This document shows positions 54,122 to 64,000 of a stretch of DNA of 64,000 nucleotides, piece by piece. Every line of letters begins with the position of its first letter. Position 1 is the first letter of the stretch. The stretch lies in NCBI GenBank assembly GCA_964466705.1, contig CAYXSM010000011.1:48193-112192 (forward strand). Direction: 5' to 3'. This DNA comes from an uncultured Rikenellaceae bacterium. GTDB lineage: Bacteria > Bacteroidota > Bacteroidia > Bacteroidales > VadinHA17. Below the pieces are notes generated by a model. The model did not search any database and was not told the DNA's origin. It worked only from the letters and a program-made list of their open reading frames with translations. Both the position numbers and the translations under genes were made by a program.

Positions 54122-55303
54122 TTGGAAAAAGCACGAATAATACTAAAATCGGGGAAAGACCAGTCCCTTCGCAGATACCACCCCTGGGTTTTCTCAGGGG
54201 CCGTAAAAAAGATCTGCGGGAATCCGGTTGAAGGAGATACAGTTGATGTTTATGACAACAAAGGCTCTTTTCTTGCTGTCGGGCATTACCAGCCGGGGTC
54301 AATAGCTGTCAGAATTCTCTCTTTTGAAAATATTACTCCCGATGCTGAGTTTTACAGGCAAAGGCTTACAAATGCCATATCGTACAGAAGATCAATAGGG
54401 TTAATTGGAAATCCTTCAACGGATATTTTCAGGATCGTTCATGCAGAGGGAGATAACCTGCCGGGATTGATAATTGACTATTACAACGGATTGATCGTTA
54501 TGCAGACTCATTCTGCAGGTATGTACAGGATCAGGAAGGATCTTGCAAAATTACTGTCGGAACTCATGGGTGAGCGGATAACGGCAATCTTTGATAAGAG
54601 TGAGTCAACGATTCCTTATATGTCGGGAATAAAAGGATCAAATGAATTTCTTTTCGGCAAAGCAGGTCAGGTTATTGCGACTGAAAATGACTTCAGGTTC
54701 ATAGTTGACTGCAAAACAGGCCAGAAAACCGGATTCTTCATCGATCAGAGAGACAACAGGTCACTGCTGACCTCGTATACCGAAGGACGAATTGTTCTGA
54801 ATCTTTTTGGGTATACTGGCGGTTTTTCTGTTTACGCACTGAAAAACGCCAGGGAAGTTCATACCGTCGACAGTTCAGCGCAGGCAACAGAGCTCGCTGA
54901 TGAAAATGTAAAACTTAATTATGGTGTAACAGTAAACCATAAATCAATAAAAGGCGACGCCTTTGAATTTCTTAATACCATAAAAGACAGATATGATCTT
55001 ATAATTCTTGATCCTCCGGCCTTTGCAAAACACAATAATGTCCTGGCAAATGCATTGCAGGGTTATAAAAGAATGAATATGAAAGCTATAGAACAGATCA
55101 AACCCGGAGGTGTTATTTTTACCTTTTCATGCTCACAGGTTGTCTCCAGGGAAAATTTCAGAAAATCTGTATTTGCCGCTGCGGCAAATACCGGCAGAAA
55201 TGTGAGGATTCTGCACCAGATGAGCCAGCCTCCCGACCATCCGGTTAATATCTATCACCCGGAGAGCGAGTATCTCAAAGGACTGGTGATATATGTTGAG
55301 TGA
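54122..55303 (+). CDS. rlmI: RlmI-like class I SAM-dependent rRNA (m5C) methyltransferase (PUA + MTase)
   Basis: N-terminus ARIILKSGKDQSLRRYHPWVFSGAV matches the RlmI PUA start. Also has GYTGGFSVYA and ILDPPAFAK. Only a TTG start is available, since an in-frame stop sits at 54107. Confidence 0.8.
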   Translation: MEKARIILKSGKDQSLRRYHPWVFSGAVKKICGNPVEGDTVDVYDNKGSFLAVGHYQPGSIAVRILSFENITPDAEFYRQRLTNAISYRRSIGLIGNPSTDIFRIVHAEGDNLPGLIIDYYNGLIVMQTHSAGMYRIRKDLAKLLSELMGERITAIFDKSESTIPYMSGIKGSNEFLFGKAGQVIATENDFRFIVDCKTGQKTGFFIDQRDNRSLLTSYTEGRIVLNLFGYTGGFSVYALKNAREVHTVDSSAQATELADENVKLNYGVTVNHKSIKGDAFEFLNTIKDRYDLIILDPPAFAKHNNVLANALQGYKRMNMKAIEQIKPGGVIFTFSCSQVVSRENFRKSVFAAAANTGRNVRILHQMSQPPDHPVNIYHPESEYLKGLVIYVE

Positions 55304-55339
55304 TATATTTTTAAATATTTAAACAGATAAGGATTTGTA

Positions 55340-57472
55340 ATGATTGCAAATAAGAACATTGAACTTGTTGCACAAAAACTTGGTCTCCACATCTGGCAGG
55401 TTGAAAATACAATAAGGCTTATGGGTGATGGCGCTACCATTCCCTTTATAAGCAGGTACAGAAAGGAGATGACCGGCAGTCTTGACGAAGTACAGCTGAT
55501 GCATATCAGGGATGAATATCAGAGGCTGACGGAGCTGGATGCCCGCAGGGTAACTGTGATCAAGAGCATTGAGGAACAGGAGAAAATGACACCTGAGTTG
55601 CGCCGGAAGATTGAAGAAGCCGGTACCATGGCCGAAATAGAAGATATCTATTTACCCTTCAGGCCTAAGCGCAGGACAAGGGCAACAGTTGCAAGGGAAA
55701 AAGGACTCGAGCCGCTTGCCCGCCTTATTTTTGAACAACACGAACATGATCCTTTCACGAAAGCAAAAGAATATCTTACTGATGAAGTCATAAGTGAGGA
55801 AGATGCGATCAACGGAGCCTCGGACATAATTGCCGAGTGGGTCAGTGAGGATGGGAAGGCAAGAAAACAACTTAGATATCTGTATGAAAGAGAGGCACTT
55901 CTGATTTCCAGAGTCATAAAAGGCAAAGAGACAGAAGGATTAAAGTTCAGTGATTACTTTGAATGGTCGGAGCCTCTAAGGAAATGTCCGTCACACAGGT
56001 TGATGGCGATGAGAAGAGGAGAGGAAGAAGGATTTCTGAGACTTTCAATAATGCCCGGTACGGATAATGCACTGGAACTCCTGGACAGACTATTTGTTAC
56101 GGGTAAGAATGAATCATCACAAGTCGTTGAATCTGCAGTAAGAGACAGCTGGAAAAGACTTCTGGGATCATCTATGGAGACGGAATTCAGAAATATAGCC
56201 AAGAAGAAAGCGGATGAAGAAGCAATAAAGGTCTTTGCTGATAACCTCAGGCAGCTTCTTCTGGCTCCGCCTCTCGGCGAAAAAAACATACTGGCCATAG
56301 ATCCGGGTTACAGGACAGGTTGCAAGTTAGTCTGTCTCGACAGACAGGGCAACCTGCTTCATAACGAAACAATCTACCCGCATCCACCACAGAACGAGAC
56401 GGCAATGTCGGTCAAAAAGATTCTTTCACTTGTTAATGCATATAAAACAGAAGCCGTTGCGATAGGCAACGGAACTGCAAGCCGCGAGACAGAAGAACTC
56501 ATAAAGTGGATGAAATTTGACAGGGATATACAGGTTTTTGTCGTCAGCGAGGCCGGTGCCTCGGTTTATTCTGCTTCCAAAACTGCCCGTGAAGAATTCC
56601 CCGGTTATGATGTTACCGTGAGGGGAGCTGTTTCAATCGGAAGACGCCTGATGGATCCTCTGGCTGAACTGGTGAAAATTGACCCCAGGTCAATCGGGGT
56701 GGGCCAGTATCAGCACGACGTGGATCAGCAACTGTTAAAGGACGCTCTTGATGAAGTTGTTGTCAGCTGTGTGAATGCCGTGGGAGTGGAGGTAAACACC
56801 GCCAGCAGGCACCTTCTGACATATGTCTCGGGATTGGGTCCCCAGCTGGCACAGAACATAGTGGATTATCGCAACGATAACGGTCCGTTCACTTCACGTT
56901 CGGAACTTATGAATGTTAAAAGGATGGGAGCAAAGGCATTTGAGCAGAGTGCGGGGTTTATGAGGATAAGAAATGCTGCCAATCCCCTCGACTCAAGTGC
57001 GGTTCACCCGGAAAGCTACCATATCGTTGAAAAGATGGCCGGTGACCATAATTGCGATGTGAGGGAACTCATGACAGATGAGACAAAAAGAAACGCAATT
57101 AAACCCGATAAATATGTAACATCTTCAACCGGACTACCGACCCTCAGGGATATACTTGATGAACTTGCAAAACCAGGACGTGATCCCAGATCTCAGATCA
57201 AAGAATTCAGATTTGCAGATATACACACCATTGACGATCTTGTTTCTGGGATGGTAGTACCCGGCATTGTAACAAATATTACAAAATTCGGAGCCTTTGT
57301 AGATATCGGAGTGAAACAGGATGGTCTGGTCCACATATCAAATATGAGCAGGCAGTATATAAGTGATCCTTCAACAGTTGTAAAACTACATCAGCAGGTA
57401 ATGGTCAAGGTTTTGTCGGTTGATCTTGAAAGAAAGCGTATTCAGCTTTCCATGAAAGGAATAAATGATTAA
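55340..57472 (+). CDS. tex: Tex-like transcription accessory protein (YqgF/HhH/S1 domains)
   Basis: 710 aa. TIPFISRYRKEMTG N-terminus and a C-terminal S1 domain GIVTNITKFGAFVDIGVKQDGLVHIS. Confidence 0.9.
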   Translation: MIANKNIELVAQKLGLHIWQVENTIRLMGDGATIPFISRYRKEMTGSLDEVQLMHIRDEYQRLTELDARRVTVIKSIEEQEKMTPELRRKIEEAGTMAEIEDIYLPFRPKRRTRATVAREKGLEPLARLIFEQHEHDPFTKAKEYLTDEVISEEDAINGASDIIAEWVSEDGKARKQLRYLYEREALLISRVIKGKETEGLKFSDYFEWSEPLRKCPSHRLMAMRRGEEEGFLRLSIMPGTDNALELLDRLFVTGKNESSQVVESAVRDSWKRLLGSSMETEFRNIAKKKADEEAIKVFADNLRQLLLAPPLGEKNILAIDPGYRTGCKLVCLDRQGNLLHNETIYPHPPQNETAMSVKKILSLVNAYKTEAVAIGNGTASRETEELIKWMKFDRDIQVFVVSEAGASVYSASKTAREEFPGYDVTVRGAVSIGRRLMDPLAELVKIDPRSIGVGQYQHDVDQQLLKDALDEVVVSCVNAVGVEVNTASRHLLTYVSGLGPQLAQNIVDYRNDNGPFTSRSELMNVKRMGAKAFEQSAGFMRIRNAANPLDSSAVHPESYHIVEKMAGDHNCDVRELMTDETKRNAIKPDKYVTSSTGLPTLRDILDELAKPGRDPRSQIKEFRFADIHTIDDLVSGMVVPGIVTNITKFGAFVDIGVKQDGLVHISNMSRQYISDPSTVVKLHQQVMVKVLSVDLERKRIQLSMKGIND

Positions 57473-57527
57473 TAGATTCATTCTGAAGGTATTCTAAGTC
57501 TGATAGGAATATGTCTTCCGGTGGCAT

Positions 57528-59102
57528 CTAATTCATCGCAGGCGCGGTTATCCTTTTTCTCGGCTCCGGAGTGGTTGCTTTGACAACAGGCTTACGAGGT
57601 ATTTTTTCATTACGCATAGCAGCGTTATAGGCAAAGGCGGCGGTTATAACCGCATTGTGCTGCAGATCAGCAATAACAAGCCTTTCATATGTGTCCATAA
57701 CAGTATGGTATCCCCTTCCGTATTCTAACGGATCCTGTATGAACTGGAACCCCGGAAGTCCTATGCCATCGAAAGTAAGATGGTCGGTACCTCCTGTATT
57801 CCTGATTGTTACAGTGGCAGCACCCATGTCGTTGAATGGCTTCAGCCACTCCTCAAATATAGGCCTGACAAGATCGTTCTCCTGCAGCCGTATTCCCCTG
57901 TATTTCCCCGATCCGTTATCCATGTTGAAATATACAGAGAAATTGTCATAATCTGGTTTATACTCTTTTGTGACCATGTTTGCAAGGTATTTGTCAGCGT
58001 ATCCGCGTGAGCCCAGATAACCCTGTTCTTCTCCACCCCAGAGAGCAACACGAATTGTGCGGCGGGGAGAAACGTTAAGCGCTTTTAAAATACGTAAGGC
58101 TTCGATCATCACAATACATCCAGAAGCGTTGTCAGCAGCGCCCGTTCCCCCATGCCACGAGTCGATATGAGCTCCCAGAAGTACAACTTCATTTTTAAGT
58201 GTCTTGTCTGTCCCGGGTATCTCACCTATAACGTTGTATATCAATGGACTTTCAAAAAATCTGTTTAATATCTCGATTTCCATCTCGACGGGTATGTTTT
58301 TCCTCAGTAGCCTTTCAATTCTGCCATGAGCCTCAACAGGCAGGTTCAGCTCTGCAACAGGTTCGGGATCTCCGGCCTTATACCCAGATCCGTTTGAACG
58401 GGGCACGTTGAATGAACCGGCGTTGTTTAGAATTACTACAGCGCCTTCACTTTTTATGAACTCTGATATCCTGGCACGAAGCATTCTCTGGGCCATGATA
58501 TTCTCAAAATCCCTTACAGGAGGTCTTCTGTCTCCCTGGGGTGGTGATGCTGTGGCGAGTAGTCTGAGTTCTTCATCTGTAAGCCGTTTTGCCAGAGGCT
58601 CGAAGCTGATTTCATATGTTGCGGTGGAGGGTATCAGGATGATTTTGTTATTGAGCTGTCCTGTGTAATTTTCAAGATCAGACTCGCTCTTCACGTCAAG
58701 AAGAATGACCTGACTTTTTACAGGACCATTCGTGCTGCCTGTCCAGGCAACCGGGTTGCATGCAAAACTGCAATAATAGGGTACAGTCATGGCTGCATAG
58801 GCTTTAAGGTTATCCCAGCCGCCGCGACTGAAGCTCCCTGCTTCTTCAATTCTTACATTTTGAAAGCCGAATTCCTCCATCTTCTGCTTCGCCCATTCAT
58901 TTCCCCTTGCCTGCCCACTTGATCCCGTTAGTCTGGGGCCTGTCAGATCGGTCAGTCCAAAAGCAAGGTCTTCCATCTTTGAATTTTTAAAGCCTTCCTG
59001 CTTTATAAGATGCATCATGGCGAGATCGATATTCTCCGTCTGACCTGCAGCCAAAAAAGGAAGGAGCGCCACAAGTGTAAGGGCTATCTTGAGTTTCTTC
59101 AT
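57528..59102 (-). CDS. Exported M28-family aminopeptidase with PA-like insert
   Basis: Signal peptide. Zn ligand motifs LLGAHIDSWHGGTGAADNASG and WGGEEQGYLGSRGY. Confidence 0.85.
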   Translation of the reverse strand: MKKLKIALTLVALLPFLAAGQTENIDLAMMHLIKQEGFKNSKMEDLAFGLTDLTGPRLTGSSGQARGNEWAKQKMEEFGFQNVRIEEAGSFSRGGWDNLKAYAAMTVPYYCSFACNPVAWTGSTNGPVKSQVILLDVKSESDLENYTGQLNNKIILIPSTATYEISFEPLAKRLTDEELRLLATASPPQGDRRPPVRDFENIMAQRMLRARISEFIKSEGAVVILNNAGSFNVPRSNGSGYKAGDPEPVAELNLPVEAHGRIERLLRKNIPVEMEIEILNRFFESPLIYNVIGEIPGTDKTLKNEVVLLGAHIDSWHGGTGAADNASGCIVMIEALRILKALNVSPRRTIRVALWGGEEQGYLGSRGYADKYLANMVTKEYKPDYDNFSVYFNMDNGSGKYRGIRLQENDLVRPIFEEWLKPFNDMGAATVTIRNTGGTDHLTFDGIGLPGFQFIQDPLEYGRGYHTVMDTYERLVIADLQHNAVITAAFAYNAAMRNEKIPRKPVVKATTPEPRKRITAPAMN

Positions 59103-59257
59103 TTTAAGTTATGCTTACATTGATTGTTAATTAAAACTAAAAGTAGAAAAAAAACCGGACTGTCAGATAATCATCGGAAATTCTTTTAACAAACATTAAC
59201 TTTAAACCCTGAAACTCATATAACATAAAAAATTGATTCAGAAATTTTGTTTTTTTC

Positions 59258-61729
59258 ATGATATACCCTGGTGATTTTGAAACGAAAATAGGTTTTGACA
59301 GAATAAAAACGATCCTGTCAGAGAGATGTCTGAGCCCGGCCGGCAGGAAAAAGGTAGAACAGATAAGTTTTCTCACAGATCCCGGAGAGCTGAAAACAAA
59401 ACTGGCGGCTACATATGAGTTTCAGGAATTACTTAATTATGAGGATGATTTTCCTTCAGATCATTATTATGATGTTTCACGTTGTCTTGAATCAATAAGG
59501 ATTGAAGGCACTTTTCCTGAAGTACAGGAAGTTTTTGACCTGAAACGGTCCCTTGCAACTGTCCGTACGATACTTGCGTTTTTCAATACAAAGGGGGATA
59601 AATATCCTGTTTTAAAGACTTTGTGCAGCACCGTAAAGATCTACCCTTTTGTACAGGACTCAATTGACAGGATTATCGATCGCAACGGATCAGTAAGGGA
59701 TAATGCGTCCTCAAGGCTAAAGGAGATAAGATCAGAATCGGCCGACAAAAAGATTCTTGTATCAAAAAAGCTGGCAGCCATACTCAGGCAGGTCCAGACT
59801 GAAGGCATTGTAGACGGCGACACGGTTGTTTCCGTAAGGAATGGACGTGGAGTTATTCCAGTGAATGCTTACTCAAAGAGGCGCATCAGGGGTTTGATAC
59901 ACGATCAGTCAGCGTCAGGAAAGACGGTATTCATTGAACCGGAGGAGATTGTTGGCATAAACAATGACATTATAGAGCTTGAATATGAAGAGAAACGGGA
60001 AATAGTGAGGATACTGACGGCTTTTGCCGATAGCATAAGGCCATACATTGATGATCTGCTGTCGTCAAACCAGTTTCTGGGCGAGATTGATTTTATCAGG
60101 AGCAAGGCCCTGCTTGGGAATCATCTCAAATCTGCCTTTCCCGTGCTGGCAGATAAACCGTTAATATCCTGGAGAAAAGCGATCCATCCGCTTCTTAAGC
60201 TGACCTTTGAAAAAATGCCTGGACGGGAGGTAGTTCCTCTTGATATAAGGCTTGATCAGCAGAACCGTATTCTACTTATATCAGGGCCCAACGCTGGCGG
60301 TAAATCAGTTTGTCTGAAGAGTGTCGGTCTTTTGCAATATATGCTTCAGTGCGGCATTACCATACCGGTGGATGAGGGCTCTGAGTCGGGAATTTTCAAG
60401 GACATCCTGATAGATATCGGTGATGAGCAAAGTATTGAAAATGATTTAAGTACCTACAGTTCTCATCTGATTAACATGAAGCATTTCCTGAAACATGGGA
60501 ACAACAGCTCGCTGATTCTTATTGATGAGTTTGGGACAGGTACTGAGCCTATGCTTGGAGGAGCGATAGCTGAAGCAATTCTTGATTCATTGAACAAAAT
60601 GATGGTTTTCGGCGTAATAACCACTCATTACACAAACCTGAAGCATTTTGCATCACTCACCGAAGGAATCAGGAATGGAGCCATGGAATTTGACAACCAT
60701 CTGATGAGGCCTTTATTTAATTTGTCAATGGGTAAGCCGGGAAGTTCATTTGCATTCGAGATAGCAAAAAAAATAGGACTTCCTGAGGACATACTGGATC
60801 GTGCTTCAGAAAAGGCCGGGGCAAAGAACATAAATTATGACAAACATCTGAAAGACATAGCCAGGGATAAAAGATATTGGGAAAACAAAAGGCAAAACAT
60901 CAGGCAGCATGAAAAAAGACTTGAAAATCTGATTGAAGAATATGAGAAGGAGCTGGCTGGAACAAAGAATCTGAGGAAAGAGATTATTAACAAAGCTAAA
61001 GAAGATGCCAGGATCCTTTTAAAGGAGAGCAACAGGGTAATTGAAAACACGATAAGGCAGATCAAAGAATCTCAGGCTGAAAAAGAAAGGACAAAATCGG
61101 CAAGGTATGAGCTCGAGGAATTCAAAGCGAAAGTGGAGGAAAATGAAATGTCCCAGGAAACAGATACGGAAAAGAATACTTTACATATAACTGCAGCAAC
61201 GGAAAGGGCAAAAAGACGCATAAAAGCCAGGAAACCTGAATCTGTCAAAGAGGAGGAGAGGCCTTTGATGCCTGGCGATGCGGTCAGGATGACCGATACT
61301 CAGGCAGCAGGGGAGATTATTAAGATAGAGGGCAATAATGCTCAGGTCGAGACCGGCAGCATCCGGTTTTTTGTCCCTGTCGACAGGATTGAGAGAATAA
61401 GCAGGGCAGAGCTGAATAAATATTTAAGATCAGATATGCCATCAATGCATTCTGATCCGGAGCTGGAGGTTCGTAAGCTTAGGTTCAGGCCGGAGGTTGA
61501 TATCCGGGGTGTGAGGGGAGAGGAAGCACTGATTCAGGTTCGCGACTTCATCGATGATGGAGTGATGGTCCGTCACCGTAATCTCAGGATACTTCACGGG
61601 AAAGGGAACGGAATTCTCAGACAGCTTGTCAGGGACTTTCTGTCCACTGCCGACAATGTAAAGTCGTATCGTGATGAGCATGTAGATCTGGGCGGATCAG
61701 GAGTAACAGTGGTAGAATTGGATCTTTAA
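59258..61729 (+). CDS. mutS2: Endonuclease MutS2 (MutS domain + C-terminal Smr)
   Basis: Walker A GPNAGGKS, LIDEFGTGTEP, a coiled-coil linker, and Smr DIRGVRGEEAL...LRILHGKGNGILR. Confidence 0.9.
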   Translation: MIYPGDFETKIGFDRIKTILSERCLSPAGRKKVEQISFLTDPGELKTKLAATYEFQELLNYEDDFPSDHYYDVSRCLESIRIEGTFPEVQEVFDLKRSLATVRTILAFFNTKGDKYPVLKTLCSTVKIYPFVQDSIDRIIDRNGSVRDNASSRLKEIRSESADKKILVSKKLAAILRQVQTEGIVDGDTVVSVRNGRGVIPVNAYSKRRIRGLIHDQSASGKTVFIEPEEIVGINNDIIELEYEEKREIVRILTAFADSIRPYIDDLLSSNQFLGEIDFIRSKALLGNHLKSAFPVLADKPLISWRKAIHPLLKLTFEKMPGREVVPLDIRLDQQNRILLISGPNAGGKSVCLKSVGLLQYMLQCGITIPVDEGSESGIFKDILIDIGDEQSIENDLSTYSSHLINMKHFLKHGNNSSLILIDEFGTGTEPMLGGAIAEAILDSLNKMMVFGVITTHYTNLKHFASLTEGIRNGAMEFDNHLMRPLFNLSMGKPGSSFAFEIAKKIGLPEDILDRASEKAGAKNINYDKHLKDIARDKRYWENKRQNIRQHEKRLENLIEEYEKELAGTKNLRKEIINKAKEDARILLKESNRVIENTIRQIKESQAEKERTKSARYELEEFKAKVEENEMSQETDTEKNTLHITAATERAKRRIKARKPESVKEEERPLMPGDAVRMTDTQAAGEIIKIEGNNAQVETGSIRFFVPVDRIERISRAELNKYLRSDMPSMHSDPELEVRKLRFRPEVDIRGVRGEEALIQVRDFIDDGVMVRHRNLRILHGKGNGILRQLVRDFLSTADNVKSYRDEHVDLGGSGVTVVELDL

Positions 61730-61783
61730 GAATGGATCCGGTTCAGGTTGAATGATTTTGACGGTTTCAATCAAAATAAAAAA

Positions 61784-61829
61784 CCTCAGGATCTGCTGCA
61801 CTGAAAGTGCTGCGGAACAAATCCTGAGG
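61784..61829 (-). terminator. Intrinsic terminator between convergent mutS2 and the DUF4097 operon
   Basis: CCTCAGGAT (61784-61792) pairs with ATCCTGAGG (61821-61829), with an inner GCAC/GTGC hairpin. On the minus strand it is followed by TTTTTTATTTT; the plus-strand tail is weaker (TATTAATG). Confidence 0.55.
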
Positions 61830-61844
61830 TATTAATGTAACTTT

Positions 61845-62927
61845 TCACTGTGTCAGTCTTACCGATCCGTATGAGGCTTTAACTGTAACTTTGGATGAAG
61901 GAGAACTGCTTTTTCCGATAAAGCCGGCAGTCTGACTCGAGTTGTTCTCCACTATACGGGTGCGGTGCTGAAAATTATCCTCGTTGAATTTAAGGTTCCC
62001 GTATGATAATCTTGCATCAAGCTCATAATCTGCATCATTGTCAATGCCAAGTTTAACACCGATATATCTTGTGTCGGTTTCAATGGTTTCAAATCCCGCA
62101 GGAATATTCTCAACCATGAATGCACCGTATCCGCCCTCAAATTTTAATTTTTTGGTCAGAGTGCCGATGGCTATATCGGAATAGCCGCTTTCGAGCACGA
62201 GATTATTTATTTTCCCGATCCTCAGGTTGTCGTACTTTGATTCACCGACAACCGAGCTGGTTTCTCCGATCTGTATTTTTGAATACCTGCTGTTGAGAAG
62301 CAATGCCTGGGATCTGTCGATAATCAGGCTGCCGGAATATCTTGAAAAAACATCGAGCCAGCCGGCTGAACCTATCGTTCCTTTTCCGTATCCAAGAATG
62401 ACGGTGTTCAGGGGTTTTTCATTTCCTCTGGTCAGGCTGCCGGCATTGATGTTACCGTACTTAATATCAAGTCTGATATGTCCGTTTATATCGTCAATAT
62501 CAGTGTTGCCATACCTGTTTGTAAGGTCCAGGTTACAACCGCTTGGCATTCTTACTGAATAGTTGATGCTGAATTTTCTTGATCTGCTTCCCCAGCCTGA
62601 GAAACTGAATTTATCATCAATCACTGTTTTGGCAGATATTTCGTTACCATTTTCCGAGAACTGCACTTCAATATAACTTAAGTACCTTTCCGCTCTGTTC
62701 CTGTCAGGCAGCTCGACTGATACTTTTACGTCAATGACGATTCTTTCCTCGTCCCAGGTATCGATATTTACGTCACCGTAGCGGTTGCTTATATTAAGGG
62801 AACTACCCGGCTTGGCTGAATATTCCTTATGGTATTCCTTTGTAACAGGCTGGGCTGTAATATTTCCTGAAACCGCTAAAAGGGCGGCAGCAAGAAATAA
62901 TCCTGATTTATAGAATGACTTTTTCAT
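61845..62927 (-). CDS. DUF4097-like (putative adhesin / beta-helix) exported protein
   Basis: Signal peptide and recurrent RYGNxxI / KYGNI / SYGNL / SYGSV repeat units typical of DUF4097. Confidence 0.65.
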   Translation of the reverse strand: MKKSFYKSGLFLAAALLAVSGNITAQPVTKEYHKEYSAKPGSSLNISNRYGDVNIDTWDEERIVIDVKVSVELPDRNRAERYLSYIEVQFSENGNEISAKTVIDDKFSFSGWGSRSRKFSINYSVRMPSGCNLDLTNRYGNTDIDDINGHIRLDIKYGNINAGSLTRGNEKPLNTVILGYGKGTIGSAGWLDVFSRYSGSLIIDRSQALLLNSRYSKIQIGETSSVVGESKYDNLRIGKINNLVLESGYSDIAIGTLTKKLKFEGGYGAFMVENIPAGFETIETDTRYIGVKLGIDNDADYELDARLSYGNLKFNEDNFQHRTRIVENNSSQTAGFIGKSSSPSSKVTVKASYGSVRLTQ

Positions 62928-63471
62928 TTTCCTGTCCGTTTTGATTAGTATTTTTTATCGACTTAAGCTGATTGACTATAAAGGCCATCACCTCAAGTTT
63001 GGTCTGATAATGTTCAATCATGGCGTTAATAATGCGTTCATCTCCGGGGTTGGCTTTAAGTTCTTTCTGAAGCTGTACATATACTGAATCCATACCCTGG
63101 ATCTCCTTCATCAGGGTGCTCTTCTGTTCAGAATTGCTCATAATGTCAATGCTGCCCAGTTCATTTTCCATAAGATTAACCTGATGAACATAATAATTTT
63201 CAACTTCCCTGTACTGGGGTGATACATCTCCGAGCGCCATTCTGTTTCGGTCGGGCCTTATGAAATGTTCCCAGGTCCATAACGATGAAAGGGTGACAAG
63301 GAGTGTTACCACAGCAGCCTTGAGAAGGTATGGGACTATGCTTCGTCGGGGGGCGGTTTGCCGGAACCTCATCTCAAGTTTTCTGGTAAACCTGTCAAAA
63401 TGACCTTCCCGGGGCTCGGCCTCGTTGAAAAAGTCTTTGTGGTCCTTTATTATGTCTTCTATATTTTTCAT
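62908..63471 (-). CDS. Single-pass membrane protein, probable anti-sigma factor
   Basis: 187 aa with one TM helix (IVPYLLKAAVVTLLVTLSSLW). Lies directly downstream of an ECF sigma gene. Confidence 0.45.
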   Translation of the reverse strand: MKNIEDIIKDHKDFFNEAEPREGHFDRFTRKLEMRFRQTAPRRSIVPYLLKAAVVTLLVTLSSLWTWEHFIRPDRNRMALGDVSPQYREVENYYVHQVNLMENELGSIDIMSNSEQKSTLMKEIQGMDSVYVQLQKELKANPGDERIINAMIEHYQTKLEVMAFIVNQLKSIKNTNQNGQENEKVIL

Positions 63472-63478
63472 GATAAAC

Positions 63479-64000
63479 TCATTTTTTCTTCAGTTCTGCT
63501 ATTAATTTCTGCTTTGCTCTTGAAAGTTGTGACCTTGAGGTACTGCTTGAGATGGAAAGGATATCGGCAATCTCATCGTGGTCATAACCTTCAAGCAGAT
63601 AAAGCGAGAGAATGATCCTGTATCCGTCAGGTAGCCTGTTAATAGCTTCCCTGATCTCTTCAATTTTCATATCTGTCTCTTCTTTCCTGACAAGGTCTTC
63701 ATCGCTTTCATCTTTAATATATGTGTGATGATCAATATCTTCAAAGATCGCTTTTCTTTTATTCAGTGCATCCAGTGAACGATTGATCACTATTTTTTTT
63801 AACCAGGCCCCGAAGCTTACGGTTCCGGAATAAGTGTCAAATTTTTCAAAGGCCGACAGGAACGATTCCTGCATTATATCCTCGGCTTCCATTGAGTTGT
63901 TTACTATTCTCAGACTTGTGTTGTACATTGCTTTGTAGTACAACTTGTAAATCTGAAACTGCGCTTTCTGGTCGCCATTTTTACATCCGTCCAGCAGATC
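63479..64000 (-). CDS. ECF-subfamily RNA polymerase sigma-70 factor; its 5' end runs beyond the window
   Basis: The reading frame stays open to position 64000 (DLLDGCKNGDQKAQFQIYKLYYKAMYNTSLRIV...). Region 2 is present, and region 4 reads DGYRIILSLYLLEGYDHDEIADILSISSSTSRSQLSRAKQKL. Confidence 0.85.
   Translation of the reverse strand, partial: DLLDGCKNGDQKAQFQIYKLYYKAMYNTSLRIVNNSMEAEDIMQESFLSAFEKFDTYSGTVSFGAWLKKIVINRSLDALNKRKAIFEDIDHHTYIKDESDEDLVRKEETDMKIEEIREAINRLPDGYRIILSLYLLEGYDHDEIADILSISSSTSRSQLSRAKQKLIAELKKK

Noticed and set aside
1-64000. CRISPR arrays, rRNA genes, IS elements, integrases, toxin-antitoxin or known phage-defence genes
   Set aside because: Reading both strands showed no regularly spaced repeat array. 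No ORF had transposase, integrase or recombinase motifs, and there was no rRNA-like sequence. I did not recognise any defence-system protein.

Overview
This is a chromosomal segment that looks Bacteroidota-like. The evidence is the RseC-RnfBCDG gene order, a guaB-PPIase-SurA-OstA envelope operon, a DUF5063/exonuclease pair, an ECF sigma/anti-sigma/DUF4097 triad, TAnnTTTG-type promoter boxes, and few Shine-Dalgarno sequences. Positions 1-18.3 kb and 52.6-64 kb carry ordinary housekeeping genes: rnf, recG, guaB, recQ-family, tex, mutS2, rlmI-like and an M28 peptidase. Positions 18.3-52.6 kb form a roughly 34-kb block of 24 ORFs, all on the minus strand. Most carry Sec, lipoprotein or twin-arginine (Tat) signals. 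The block includes two sugar/solute transporters, glycosidase-like proteins, two FG-GAP propellers and two large alpha/beta hydrolases. It also has an AGE-family epimerase, a tandem DUF1080 protein, a Tat-signal Gfo/Idh/MocA oxidoreductase and a YdiJ-like FAD/Fe-S dehydrogenase. Further members are an exported RraA-like protein, a DUF362-like membrane protein, two truncated ceramidase-like proteins and a tandem pair of DegT-type aminotransferases. One of the aminotransferases has a clear Tat signal. The block contains no SusC/SusD pair, no regulator and no mobility gene. The best candidate for an undescribed system is the operon at 42848-50951: DegT(Tat)-DegT-amidase-like-esterase-Gfo/Idh/MocA(Tat). 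I read it as a possible extracytoplasmic amino-sugar de-acylation and de-amination pathway. I found no rRNA, convincing tRNA, CRISPR array, transposase or integrase. All functional calls rest on motif recognition by eye; no database search was run.
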